Assembly: GCA_963558405.1 (NCBI GenBank)
Contig: CAUWGC010000014.1
Coordinates: 1-46,207, forward strand
Source: an uncultured Clostridia bacterium
GTDB taxonomy: Bacteria; Bacillota; Clostridia; TANB77; CAG-508
Direction: 5' to 3'
DNA length: 46,207 bases
The notes beneath the pieces were generated by a model. It was not told where the DNA came from. It was given only the letters and a program-made list of their open reading frames with translations, and made no database searches. The first letter of the stretch is position 1, and every line of letters begins with the position of its first letter. Below, piece by piece: positions 32,643 through 43,434 of the stretch. Made by a program: the position numbers and the translations under genes.

Positions 32643-33278
32643 TTATTCTACTTTTCCAAATACATCTAAAGGCCAAAATCTTAATACAACTTTTCCTTCT
32701 ATTTTTTCTAATGGAATACATCCAAATGCACGGCAATCTGTACTTCTTGTTCTATTATCACCTAATGCAAAAACACAATTGTCTGGAACAATAAAATCTG
32801 AAGATAAATCTGGTTTAGTAATTACATCTTCTCCTAGGTATGGTTCATTTAGTATTTCTCCATTAATATAAACTTTTCCATCTTTTAATTCCACATGTTC
32901 ACCAGGAAGTGCAATTACACGTTTTATATAACTAGTTTTTCCAAATTCTAAAACATAATATGAAAATTTTCCAATTAAAGAACTTGGTTCATTTTCATAT
33001 ACTGCCTTTGGACTGTTAACATCTATTTCTGATAAATCTGGATTTGTTTTTGGTGCTTCAAAAGTAATAATATCTCCCCTTTTAGGCATTTCTTTAAAAG
33101 TTCTTGATAAACGGTTTAAAATAAGTCTTTGATCTTGTTTTAATGTTGGGTACATAGAAACTTGCTTTACAATAGTAGGTGTTCCTACATAATAACGAAC
33201 AATTAGAGCAAGCACTATTGCAATTAAAATACAATATATCCATTCCAAAATATCTTTTACCTTTGGACTTAAATTCAT
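32643..33278 (-). CDS. lepB: Signal peptidase I
   Basis: SMYPTL, YIKRVIALPG, GDNR..STDCR. Confidence 0.93.
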   Translation of the reverse strand: MNLSPKVKDILEWIYCILIAIVLALIVRYYVGTPTIVKQVSMYPTLKQDQRLILNRLSRTFKEMPKRGDIITFEAPKTNPDLSEIDVNSPKAVYENEPSSLIGKFSYYVLEFGKTSYIKRVIALPGEHVELKDGKVYINGEILNEPYLGEDVITKPDLSSDFIVPDNCVFALGDNRTRSTDCRAFGCIPLEKIEGKVVLRFWPLDVFGKVE

Positions 33279-33431
33279 ATTTTAAACTTCCTTTCATATT
33301 CTTTTGCTAACTACTAAATTATATCCTACTTTCAAAGAATTAGCAATAAAATTTTAATAAAAGTTCTTACATCAAACTAAGAACGAAAATCTTAACATTT
33401 TTTATTATTGTTAAAATTTTCGTTCTTAAAA

Positions 33432-36078
33432 TTATTTTATATAAGAATAATTTTTATATACAACTTTTCCAAATTTTATTTCATTTGCCTTTTTTTGAAA
33501 TTCTATAATAACAATAGGTAAAATTGAAATTCCTACCGTATATATCCATTGTATTTTTGTTAATGGTACTAAGTCAAATACATTTGCAAAAATTGGTATT
33601 ACAACTACTATTGTTTGCATAATAATTCCTAATATCAAAGCTCCTATTAAATATTTATTCTCAAAAATATTAATTTTGAAAATAGATTCTTCACTCCTCA
33701 AATTTAAACTATGTACTAATTCTGACATTCCGAAGAACAACAAATGCCATTGTTCTTCCAACTTGCAAACCAAATAAATTGTTTCCTAAGCTAAATGCAA
33801 ATAATGTAAGCATTCCAATCATTGTACCTTCAACAAAAATTTTTCCCCATAATCCATCTGCAAAAATTCCTTTTTTTATATTCCTTGGTTTTCTATTCAT
33901 AATATCTTTATCTGGCGGTTCTAACCCCAGCGCAATAGCTGGTAAAGAATCTGTTACTAAATTTACCCATAATAACTGAATAGCAAGTAATGGTGATTTT
34001 AATCCTAGCAAAAGACCAATAAAAATTGTTACAATTTCCCCAATATTAGTAGCTATTAAAAAATGCACAGCTTTTTTTATATTTTCAAATATATTTCTTC
34101 CCTGTTTTACCGCTTCTACAATTGTTGTAAAATTATCATCTGTTAAAATCATATCTGAAGCATTTTTGGCAACATCAGTTCCATTTTTCCCCATTGCAAT
34201 TCCTATGTCTGCATTTTTTAAAGCAGGACTATCATTTACTCCATCACCTGTCATTGCTACTACTGCACCAGTACTTTGAAATGCTTTTACAATTCTTACT
34301 TTATGTTCTGGAGATACTCTGGCAAATACAGAATATTTCATAATATTTTTTCGTAAATTTTCTTCTGAAATGTGATCTAATTCTTCTCCTGTTACACTTA
34401 TATCTTTTTCTCCTAATATTCCTAACTCTTTTGCTATAGCTCTTGCTGTTAAAATATGATCTCCTGTTATCATTACTGTTTTTATACCTGCTTTTTTACA
34501 AGTTTCAACTGCTTCCTTAACACCCTCTCTTGGTGGATCTATCATTCCTATTAAACCTATAAAGGTAAGTTCTTCTTCTATTTTAACATCCAATTTAGAA
34601 GGAATTTTCTCTATTTCCTTGTATGCTACTGCTATTACTCTTAACGCTTTATTTGCCATTTTTTGATTTGTATTTTGTATTTCTTTTATTTCATTATTTT
34701 CTAAATTAAATATTTTTCCATTTATATTTATGTTTTTACAATGCCTTATTAATACATCTGGTGCTCCTTTTGTTATTACTAAATATTTATCACCATTTTG
34801 ATGTATTGTTGTCATCATTTTCCTATTAGAATCAAATGGTAAATCAGCAATCCTCCTTTTTCTATTATATAGCTCTCCTTTATTAATTCCATGTTCTAAG
34901 GCACTATTTACAATTGCAACTTCTGTTGGTTCTCCAATGGCTATAACTTTTCCTTCTTCGTATTCTAGTTCTACATCAGTACACATACATGCAATTTCTA
35001 ATAATTCATTTCCTACTTTTTCATTATTTATTCCATTATTATACTCTACTACTTGCATTTTATTTTGTGTTAAAGTTCCAGTTTTATCTGAACATATTAC
35101 ACTACTACTTCCCAACGTTTCTACTGCTGGTAATTTACGTATTATACTGTTTTTTCTAGCCATTTTTGTAACACCTATAGAAAGCATAATAGTTACTATT
35201 GCAGGTAGCCCTTCTGGAATTGCAGCTACTGCTAGTCCTACTGAAGTCATAAACATTTCTATTGGTTCTATTTTTTTTATTATTCCTACAATAAATACCA
35301 AAAAGCATATTAAAAGACACCCCAATCCTAATGTCTTTCCTACTTCACTAAGCTTTTTTTGAATAGGCGTTTCCGGTGATTCGTCTGTAATAATCATTTT
35401 GGCAATTTTTCCTACATTTGTTTTCATTCCTGTATCACATACTATTGCTTCTCCATGACCATTTACTACAGTGGTTGTTGCAAAAGCCATATTTATTGTA
35501 TCACCTAAAGCTATTTTTAAGTTTAATATAGCATTACCGTTCTTTTCTACTGGAACTGTTTCTCCTGTTAGTGCAGATTCTTCTATTTTTAAATTTGATG
35601 TACTAATTAATCTACAATCTGCTGGTACATAATTTCCTGCTTCTAAAATTACAATATCTCCTGGAACAACATCTTTACTTTCTATTTGAATTATCTTTCC
35701 ATCTCTTCTTACTTTTGCAATGGGTGCAGACATTTCTTTTAACGCTTCCAATGACTTTTCCGCTTTACTTTCTTGTATAATTCCTATAATTGCATTTAGT
35801 ACAACAATTGCAATTATAATTATAGAATCTAAATAGTCGTTACTGCCTTCCAATTTACTTATTAAAGCCGAAATAATTGAAGCAAAAATTAAAATAATAA
35901 TCATAAAATCTTTAAATTGTTTTAAAAAACGTACTAATATACTTTCTTTCTTTTTGTCTTGTAACTTATTTTCTCCATATTCTTTTAATCTCTTTTTTGC
36001 TTCTCCATTAGTTAATCCTTCTTTAAGTTTTACTTCTAATTTTTCTGCAACATCTTTAGCAGACATAGTATGCCACAT
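33432..36078 (-). CDS. P-type Ca2+-transporting ATPase, about 881 aa, joined by a +1 shift at CGG (extra C at 33732)
   Basis: TGET, IPEGL, DKTGTLT, KGAP, TGDGVND. GTT CTT c GGA ATG TCA GAA TTA GTA CAT restores the final TM segments; start at ATG TGG after AAGGAG. Confidence 0.9.
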
Positions 36079-36192
36079 AAAACACATCTCCTTTGTACAA
36101 GTTATATTAATATATATGCTTGTACAAAAAAAGTATTCCAATTTTCACTTTTTTGTCCCTTTTACATATTATGTAATTAGAGGTGAATAAAC

Positions 36193-36849
36193 ATGCTTAT
36201 TGAATTGTTGCTATTAAGTATCTCTGTTAGTATTGATTCTTTTGGAATTGGAATTACTTATGGATTAAAAAACATGAAAATAACAAATTTAGCAAGATTT
36301 ATATTATTTATAATTTCTATTACAATAACTACAATTGCTATTTATTTAGGAAATATTATTTCTTGTTTTTTACCTGCAATTTTTACAGAGCTTTTAGGAA
36401 CTTTTTTACTTATACTAATGGGTTCATTTATTATTTTTGAATGTTTTCATCCTAATCAAAATAAAATATCTTCCGTAAACACTAACTTGGAACCTACAAT
36501 CCATGAATTTTTTATACGTTCTTTAGGAATGACTATTCAAATTATAAAAAATCCTATATCTTCCGATATAGATGGTTCTAAAATGATTGATGCCAAAGAA
36601 GCTATATATTTGGGTTTTGCTCTTTCTATTGACTCTTTGTGTATTGGTATAGGAAGTAGTGTACTTGGCTACCATTCTATACTTTTCCCTATTTTTGTCT
36701 CATTATTTCAACTTTTATTTATTTCTATTGGTAGTATAATAGGCAAAAAAATTACTCAAAGTTCAAAAATCCCAAATAAATTTTGGAATATTATTTCTGG
36801 AATTTTATTAATATTTATTGGATTGAGCAAAATGTTTTTATCTATTTAA
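36193..36849 (+). CDS. ytaF: YtaF/MntP-family sporulation membrane protein
   Basis: Repeated SIDSF/SIDSL motifs, DIDGSKMID.KEA; multiple TM segments. Confidence 0.8.
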   Translation: MLIELLLLSISVSIDSFGIGITYGLKNMKITNLARFILFIISITITTIAIYLGNIISCFLPAIFTELLGTFLLILMGSFIIFECFHPNQNKISSVNTNLEPTIHEFFIRSLGMTIQIIKNPISSDIDGSKMIDAKEAIYLGFALSIDSLCIGIGSSVLGYHSILFPIFVSLFQLLFISIGSIIGKKITQSSKIPNKFWNIISGILLIFIGLSKMFLSI

Positions 36850-36867
36850 CACAACCTACTATACATC

Positions 36868-36898
36868 AAAACAGAATTGGATAATCCAATTCTGTTTT
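36868..36898. terminator. Bidirectional terminator between ytaF and smc
   Basis: AAAACAGAATTGGAT / ATCCAATTCTGTTTT. Confidence 0.75.
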
Positions 36899-36925
36899 AT
36901 TAGCTCTTATAAATTTTAATATTTT

Positions 36926-39900
36926 TTATTTATTCATCTTCATTGATAAAAGCTTACTAATACCGTTTTCTTCCATTGTGATTCCATATACTGTATCTGC
37001 TGCTTCCATAGTTCCTTTACGATGTGTTATAACTAAAAATTGTGTATCTTTAGAAAACTTCTTTAAATATTCTGCAAATCTATAAACATTAACATCATCT
37101 AACGCTGCTTCTATCTCGTCTAGTACACAAAATGGTGCTGGGTTTATTTTTAATATTGCAAACAAAATTGCAATAGCTGTAAATGCTTTTTCCCCACCTG
37201 ATAATAACATCATATTTTGCAATTTTTTTCCTGGTGGTTGAACCTGTATATTAATTCCACATTCTAATAAATTTTCTTCATCTTCTAATACTAATTCCGC
37301 TTTTCCTCCACCAAAAAGCTCCTTAAATACTTCAGAAAAGTTTTTATTAATAATACTAAATTGTTCTTTAAATTGTTGCTTCATTGTAGATGTCATGTCA
37401 GAAATAATTTTTCTTAACTTATTTACAGCATCTTCTAAATCTAAACGCTGTTCACACATAAAATCATAACGTTCTTTAGTTTTCTTATATTCTTCAATAG
37501 AATCCATATTAATTGTTCCCAAATCTCTAATTTGAGTACGTAAAGAATTAACTTGTTTTTGAGTAACTGAAATATTTTCTGGCTTTTTATATTCTACTGC
37601 ATTATTTGGTGTTAATTCGTACTCTTCCCACATATTATTAACAACTTGCTCTAAATCTTGTTGTATTTTTGTTTTCTTAACGTCTAATTTTACAATTTGT
37701 TCTTTTAAATCTTCTATTATTTTAAATTGCTCTGTAATTGTATCTTCTATCTTTTTTAATTTTTCTCCTGCTATAACTTTTTGTTCTTTTAATGAATTTA
37801 CTTCTGTAGAAGTCATTTTAGTTTTTTCCTCTATTTGTATAATAGAATTTTGTAAATTTATTTTTTCCTGTTCTATATTTTTATTATCTTCTATTATTTC
37901 CTCCATTTGTTTTTCTTTGTTTATTAGTATTTTTTGATGTGTTTCACATTCTTTATCAATTCTACTAATAACTTCTTCCATAGAGTTACTACTTTCATCA
38001 AAAGAAGATACAGAGATTTTTAAATTTGTAATATCTAAATTAAGGTCATCTATTCTTTTTTGACTATCTTTATTTAATATACTATAATTTTCTACTTCTA
38101 AACTCCACTCTTCTATTTCTTTTGTTTTCTTTTCAATTTCTAAATTTGCATCTAATTTTTGTTTTATTAAAGTTTCTTTATCTTCTTTTAATTTTTCGTT
38201 ATTTTGTTTTAATTTTGAATGTTTAGTCTCTAATTTAGATACATTTTCTTCAATTTGCATTAATTTTTCTTTTTGTGTAGCATAACTAATATCTGAATTT
38301 TGTAATAATTTTTCTAAATTCTCTGACTCTTCTAAAATATCTTGAATTCCAGAAATATATTCTTCCTTCTCTTTTTTTATTTTTTCCTCTTTATCTTTTT
38401 TATCTTTTATCTCTTTTTCTAAAGAAGCTATTTCTCTTCCTCTTCCTAATATATTTACTGTTTTAGTTGCAACTGAACCTCCTGTTATACTTCCAGATGG
38501 ATTTATAACATCTCCCTTTAAGGTTATAACCCTAAAAGAATAATTATTTTGCCTTGCTAAAATAGTTGCCGTATCTAAATCTTCTACTATAACAGTTCTT
38601 CCCAATAAGTTAATTATAATTTGTTCATATTTTTTGTTATATGTAATTAAGTCAGATGCAATTCCAACTATACCTTTTAGACCATTTGAAATAATCTTTT
38701 CAATTTTCTTTCCCTTTATATTTGTAATTGGTAAAAATGAAGCTCTTCCTAAATTATTTTTTCTTAAATATTCAACAAACTTTTTAGCATCCTCTTCTTT
38801 TTCTGTAACAATATTTTGCAAACTTGTTCCTAATGCCATTTCTATTGCTACTTCATACTCTTGAGGAACAGAAATTAAGTTTGCTAGTACTCCTTCCATT
38901 CCATTTTTTAAATTACTATCTTTTTCTGTAGCTAAAAGTAATGATTTAACGCTTTTTACGTATCCTTCTTTTTCCTTTTCTGTTTCTTGTAAAAACTTTA
39001 ACCTAGAATCTTTCATCCTAATTTCATATTGTATATTTGAAATTTGTTTTTCATATTCAGTAATTTTTATGGAACTTTCATCTTTTTTCTTTTGTATTTC
39101 TTCTAAAGATTTTACAAACTCGTTTCTTTTTTTATCTATTTGCTCAAATTGATTTGAAATCTCACTTTTTTCTAATCTTTTTGCATCTAATTCCAAAATT
39201 GTTTGGTCTAATTCATTAGTTAAATTAGATTGTTGTTTTTCTATATTTTCAATGTTAGTCTCTAAACTACTAATTGTAGAAGTAAGTTCATATTTTAAAT
39301 CTATGTTTTCATTTATTTTAGCTTTTTTATTCTCAATTTCAATTTCCTTTGATGATAATTTTTCTGTTATTGTATCTAATTCTTTTTGTTTTTGTAATAA
39401 CTCTTCTTCAAACTTTTTCTTGTTTTCATTTAAACTTTCTTGTTTAAATATTTTTTGTTCTTTTTCTTCTTTTAATTCTTTAATTCTAACTTTAGACTGT
39501 TCAATTTCTTGCTCATATCTCTCGTAATTTTTTTGGTTATTTGCTACTCTTTCATCTGCTAAATTAATTGAAGCCTTAAGTTTTTCTTTTTCTTTTTCAC
39601 TTTCAAACCCTAAATTTTGTGTTTTCTCAATATTTTCTATAAGTTCATCTACTTCTTGTTGTAATTCTTCTTTTTGTAATCTTATCTCATCCATCTTTTT
39701 GTCAGTTTCTTCTTTTTGAGATACATATATATCTTCATCTTTTAATACTTGATTTAGTTTTTCTTTATACAAATCAATATTAGATAAAAAAAGTCCAACT
39801 TCAATATTTTTTAATTCTTCACGTAAATTTAAAAACTGTTTAGCCTTTTCAGATTGTAGTTTTAAAGGTTCTATTGTCCCTTCTACCTCTGAAAGTATAT

Positions 39901-40477
39901 CATTAATACGAAGTAAATTTAATTTGGTTTGCTCTAACTTCTTTTCTGACTCTGCCTTTCTAACACGATACTTTACAATACCTGCAGCTTCCTCAAAAAT
40001 ATGTCTTCTATCCTCAGATTTATTACTTAATATCTCATCAATTTTACCCTGTCCTATAATAGAATATCCATCTTTTCCAATACCAGTATCCATAAATAAC
40101 TCTAATATATCTTTAAGTCTACATGGAACTTTATTAATAAAATATCCTGTTTCACCACTACGATATATTTTTCTTGTTACAGTAACTTCTAGGTATTCTA
40201 TAGGAAGCTTTCCATCCTTATTATCAAACACCAAAGAAGCCTCTGCAAAACCAAGAGACTTTCTATTTTGTGTACCAGCAAAAATAATATCTTCAGCTTT
40301 AGAACTTCTAAGAGACTTCATACTCTGTTCACCAAGTACCCAACGAATAGCATCAGAAATATTACTTTTACCAGAACCATTAGGCCCAATAACAGTAGTA
40401 ATACCCGGCATAAATTCTAATATAGTTTTATCAGCAAAGGATTTAAAACCCTGTAACTCTAATCTTTTTAAATACAT
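36926..40477 (-). CDS. smc: Chromosome segregation protein SMC
   Basis: GFKSF, GPNGSGKSN, hinge domain, LSGGEK, LDEIEAALD. Confidence 0.97.
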   Translation of the reverse strand: MYLKRLELQGFKSFADKTILEFMPGITTVIGPNGSGKSNISDAIRWVLGEQSMKSLRSSKAEDIIFAGTQNRKSLGFAEASLVFDNKDGKLPIEYLEVTVTRKIYRSGETGYFINKVPCRLKDILELFMDTGIGKDGYSIIGQGKIDEILSNKSEDRRHIFEEAAGIVKYRVRKAESEKKLEQTKLNLLRINDILSEVEGTIEPLKLQSEKAKQFLNLREELKNIEVGLFLSNIDLYKEKLNQVLKDEDIYVSQKEETDKKMDEIRLQKEELQQEVDELIENIEKTQNLGFESEKEKEKLKASINLADERVANNQKNYERYEQEIEQSKVRIKELKEEKEQKIFKQESLNENKKKFEEELLQKQKELDTITEKLSSKEIEIENKKAKINENIDLKYELTSTISSLETNIENIEKQQSNLTNELDQTILELDAKRLEKSEISNQFEQIDKKRNEFVKSLEEIQKKKDESSIKITEYEKQISNIQYEIRMKDSRLKFLQETEKEKEGYVKSVKSLLLATEKDSNLKNGMEGVLANLISVPQEYEVAIEMALGTSLQNIVTEKEEDAKKFVEYLRKNNLGRASFLPITNIKGKKIEKIISNGLKGIVGIASDLITYNKKYEQIIINLLGRTVIVEDLDTATILARQNNYSFRVITLKGDVINPSGSITGGSVATKTVNILGRGREIASLEKEIKDKKDKEEKIKKEKEEYISGIQDILEESENLEKLLQNSDISYATQKEKLMQIEENVSKLETKHSKLKQNNEKLKEDKETLIKQKLDANLEIEKKTKEIEEWSLEVENYSILNKDSQKRIDDLNLDITNLKISVSSFDESSNSMEEVISRIDKECETHQKILINKEKQMEEIIEDNKNIEQEKINLQNSIIQIEEKTKMTSTEVNSLKEQKVIAGEKLKKIEDTITEQFKIIEDLKEQIVKLDVKKTKIQQDLEQVVNNMWEEYELTPNNAVEYKKPENISVTQKQVNSLRTQIRDLGTINMDSIEEYKKTKERYDFMCEQRLDLEDAVNKLRKIISDMTSTMKQQFKEQFSIINKNFSEVFKELFGGGKAELVLEDEENLLECGINIQVQPPGKKLQNMMLLSGGEKAFTAIAILFAILKINPAPFCVLDEIEAALDDVNVYRFAEYLKKFSKDTQFLVITHRKGTMEAADTVYGITMEENGISKLLSMKMNK

Positions 40478-40551
40478 TTTTCTACCTGCCTTAAACTTTA
40501 AGTTTGTTTATTTTCTTCCTTTATCTTATCGTAAATTGCAGAATAAATCAA

Positions 40552-40585
40552 TACATCACCCTAAATTTTTGATTAGGGTGATGTA
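40552..40585 (-). terminator. Hairpin after the second pilin-like gene
   Basis: TACATCACCCTAA / TTAGGGTGATGTA, 13-bp stem. Confidence 0.7.
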
Positions 40586-40604
40586 AAAAATATATATCTT
40601 TTAT

Positions 40605-42080
40605 TTAAGGTGCTAATGTATATGGATTACTTTCACTTCCATCACCTCCTATAACTTTAACTCCAGATTTCAGACGAACTACAATACGAAGCCCCCTATT
40701 AAAACTATTAGCCCTCGTGTAGCCATCAAGATTTACCTCACATAAGATGTGGATATGCACGTCCCCAATTTCGTCCACTAACCTAATACTGAAGTGACTA
40801 CCACCGAAAGTACTTGAATTAGCAGCACGAGACGCCAACCAATAATCATTTTCTATGTGACTTCTAAGTGCTGTCATTTGATCATCATCTGCTTTATAAT
40901 TTTCATCTGAATCTTTGAACGTTCCATTATACTTTGTAAAATAACCATTAATATTCTCATTTGTTTTTATCTTATACATACCTACTCCATCATAATCTGG
41001 CTTATCTGGCACACTTCCAACGCATCTTGCTATTTCCGCTATTCCATCATCTTTTTTTCTATATTTTTCTGCTTCTACATTTAATGTTGTTATTACATTG
41101 TTATATGAATCTCTACTTGAATTAAAATCACTACTTCCTAATGTCACATATCCTACTATTCCTGTTGAATCTGTTGTTTTTGCTGATATTATCTGTATTC
41201 CATAACTACTATAATTTTTATTCTCTGGTCCATATAGTACCATACATTTTTGTTGTGTTCCAAATGCATCTTCATACAACACATAATCTCCTTCTTTTAA
41301 CTTACTTTCTATTGTTGGATAATCTACCTTATTTGTTCTTTGTTTTATTGTCGCTGTTCCTACATTTCCTGCTTTATCTGGTACTTTTACTATTAAACTA
41401 TATTCTGTATCTGATTTTAACTCATCATAGTTATATGTAGTACTTGTTGTTCTACCATCTAGTGCTTCTCCTATATAATATTCATATGTTTCTACTTCTT
41501 TTAATCCACTTTCATTTTCTATTACTTTTATATTTATTTCTATACTATTTTCTGTTACAGTACCTACTTCTATCGTTACTTCTGGTGCTTTCAAATCTTC
41601 TATTTTTTTGCTCTTTTGTACGCTTGCTATACTTCCGTTCCATAATCTTGCGTGTATTGTATCACTATGTTTTAATCCTTTTACTTTTTCTCCACTTCCT
41701 ATATTCTGCCAACTTCCTTCGTTTGTTCCATTTATTTGATATTGCAAACTTTCTCCTTCTCCTGGCTTTGCTATTATCTCCACTTCTGCTTGTCCATTAC
41801 TCCATTTTACTTCTCCAAACTCTATTGTCCCTTCTGGTATTTCGATTTCTCCTCCATTTCCTCCTTCTGCTCCTTTTATATCATTTAATAGATTTTGGAT
41901 TAACTCATCTTCCTCTCTTGATGCATTTTCCATATTTTGTGATGCCTCTTGTGCTTTTGTTATTATTCCACTATCTCCTACTAACGTATCCAATGTAACT
42001 CCTGCTAATATTGCTAGTACAAGTACTGTAATTACTAATGCTACCAAAGTTATTCCTCTTTCTTCTTTTAATTTAGTCAT
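40605..42080 (-). CDS. Type IV pilin-like surface protein with Ig/FN3-like region and variable C-terminal domain
   Basis: KEERG-ITLVALVITVLVLAILAGV class III signal-like N-terminus; LKSDTEYSL..PDKAGN; C-terminal YWLASR...GLRIVVRL..GDGSESNPY. Confidence 0.8.
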   Translation of the reverse strand: MTKLKEERGITLVALVITVLVLAILAGVTLDTLVGDSGIITKAQEASQNMENASREEDELIQNLLNDIKGAEGGNGGEIEIPEGTIEFGEVKWSNGQAEVEIIAKPGEGESLQYQINGTNEGSWQNIGSGEKVKGLKHSDTIHARLWNGSIASVQKSKKIEDLKAPEVTIEVGTVTENSIEINIKVIENESGLKEVETYEYYIGEALDGRTTSTTYNYDELKSDTEYSLIVKVPDKAGNVGTATIKQRTNKVDYPTIESKLKEGDYVLYEDAFGTQQKCMVLYGPENKNYSSYGIQIISAKTTDSTGIVGYVTLGSSDFNSSRDSYNNVITTLNVEAEKYRKKDDGIAEIARCVGSVPDKPDYDGVGMYKIKTNENINGYFTKYNGTFKDSDENYKADDDQMTALRSHIENDYWLASRAANSSTFGGSHFSIRLVDEIGDVHIHILCEVNLDGYTRANSFNRGLRIVVRLKSGVKVIGGDGSESNPYTLAP

Positions 42081-42220
42081 TTGGTATCCTCCTTAATTTT
42101 ATTATTTACTTCATCTTTATATTTTATTCCATTTATCTCTTTTTTTGAATGAACTACTGTTCAAGTTTTATTGTTTTTACATTTTTAGCCGCCAACCCGT
42201 ATCAGGCACAAAATAAACGC

Positions 42221-42256
42221 AAAAAAGACAGACTACATCACAACATAGTCCATCTT
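42221..42256 (-). terminator. Intrinsic terminator inside the pilin gene leader
   Basis: AAGATGGACTATG..ATGTAGTCTGTCTT stem (includes G-U pairs) followed by TTTTTT. Confidence 0.6.
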
Positions 42257-42307
42257 CATATCTAAAATAAGCACAATTGTATTGTGCTTCTATTTTTATT
42301 TCATTTA

Positions 42308-42358
<51 letters not shown>

Positions 42359-42406
42359 AACTGTTTCCTCCTTTGTTACTTCTTTTTAGTATTTTAATTT
42401 AATATT

Positions 42407-42435
42407 ATTCTATATTTACTTACTTCTTTTGTCAA
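42407..42435 (-). promoter_or_regulatory. SigA promoter of the leader/pilin transcript
   Basis: TTGACA-17-TAGAAT. Confidence 0.7.
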
Positions 42436-42479
42436 CCATTTTAAAATATTTTACATTTTAAAAATATCATTTTTTATAT

Positions 42480-42508
42480 TTGACATATACCTATTTTCGT
42501 ACTATAAT
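42480..42508 (+). promoter_or_regulatory. Consensus SigA promoter for the antisense sRNA
   Basis: TTGACA-17-TATAAT with no + strand gene downstream. Confidence 0.8.
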
Positions 42509-42514
42509 AATTAT

Positions 42515-42603
42515 AGAAAATAAGGATCCACAAAATGTGGTTACCAATATAAATGGATTATAAAATCATATCTCTATTGGCAAGCAGAGATGTGATTTTT
42601 TTT
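42515..42603 (+). ncRNA. Candidate type I antitoxin sRNA (about 90 nt)
   Basis: Perfect promoter and terminator AAAATCATATCTCT..AGAGATGTGATTTT(T8); overlaps the 3' end of the opposite small ORF. Confidence 0.6.
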
Positions 42604-42711
42604 GTATATAACTACAGTAAAAACTATAATTAGTACAAATGAGATGATAGCAAGAGCTACATTTCCAATAAGTGACAAAATCAATAATTGTAAAAGTATT
42701 TCTTCTAACAT
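42574..42711 (-). CDS. 45-aa hydrophobic peptide, candidate type I toxin (MLEEILLQLLILSLIGNVALAIISFVLIIVFTVVIYKKNHISACQ); not in ORF track
   Basis: RBS GAGGTGG; hydrophobic stretch followed by KK; own promoter. Confidence 0.7.
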   Translation of the reverse strand: MLEEILLQLLILSLIGNVALAIISFVLIIVFTVVIYKKNHISACQ

Positions 42712-42783
42712 ACACACCACCTCACTTTCTTATGTAGAATTTAGGTGGTAACCACATTCTGCTTTTCCTTACTTTCTTCCAAA

Positions 42784-42812
42784 ATTATACATTATTTTAA
42801 ATAAAAGGTCAA
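42784..42812 (-). promoter_or_regulatory. SigA promoter of the small peptide gene
   Basis: TTGACC-17-TATAAT. Confidence 0.7.
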
Positions 42813-42885
42813 TGTTTTTAAAAACATTTGTTTTTATATTGAATTATAAAAAAATAACCAAATATACATATCGTCACGTATTTGG

Positions 42886-43404
42886 TTATTTAAAAATATT
42901 TTTAATCTCATCTATTAATATCTGAAAAAAATTTTTTTCATCTTCTATTTCTATCTTTTCACTACTTGGTTCTACAAAATCTTTTTTAGGTAAATTTACA
43001 TATACAGTTTGCTTAGTTGTTAATTTTTGCATTCCATTTTCTTTTGCTGCTTGTTCTATATTTTTTAAATTTAAACTATTTTCTATAGAAGCAGTTAATT
43101 GATCATTTTCTTTTTTGATACTATATAAATTATCCTTTAGTGATTCTACTTTATTAAAATTTTCTGTAATTAAAGAATTTCGATAACTTATGGTTATTAA
43201 AGCAATAAATGCAACTAAAACATACATTACTGTTTTAGCTTTCTTTTTTGATTCTTGAGCCTTTGTAAGTTTTTTTGTATTTTGTTTTTTACTTTTCTTT
43301 ATGTTTTTTTTAGGTTCTTGTTTAGTTGTTTTTCTTTTTTTCTTTGTTTGAATATATTCTGGTTCTAATTTTCTAGGACTTGTTTCATATTCATATCTTA
43401 CCAT
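42886..43404 (-). CDS. ftsL: FtsL-like cell division protein
   Basis: Basic N-terminus, one TM segment, coiled coil, IEQAAKENGM; directly after rsmH. Confidence 0.7.
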   Translation of the reverse strand: MVRYEYETSPRKLEPEYIQTKKKRKTTKQEPKKNIKKSKKQNTKKLTKAQESKKKAKTVMYVLVAFIALITISYRNSLITENFNKVESLKDNLYSIKKENDQLTASIENSLNLKNIEQAAKENGMQKLTTKQTVYVNLPKKDFVEPSSEKIEIEDEKNFFQILIDEIKNIFK

Positions 43405-43434
43405 AAGTATCTCACCTTCTTTCGTTTTTATAAT

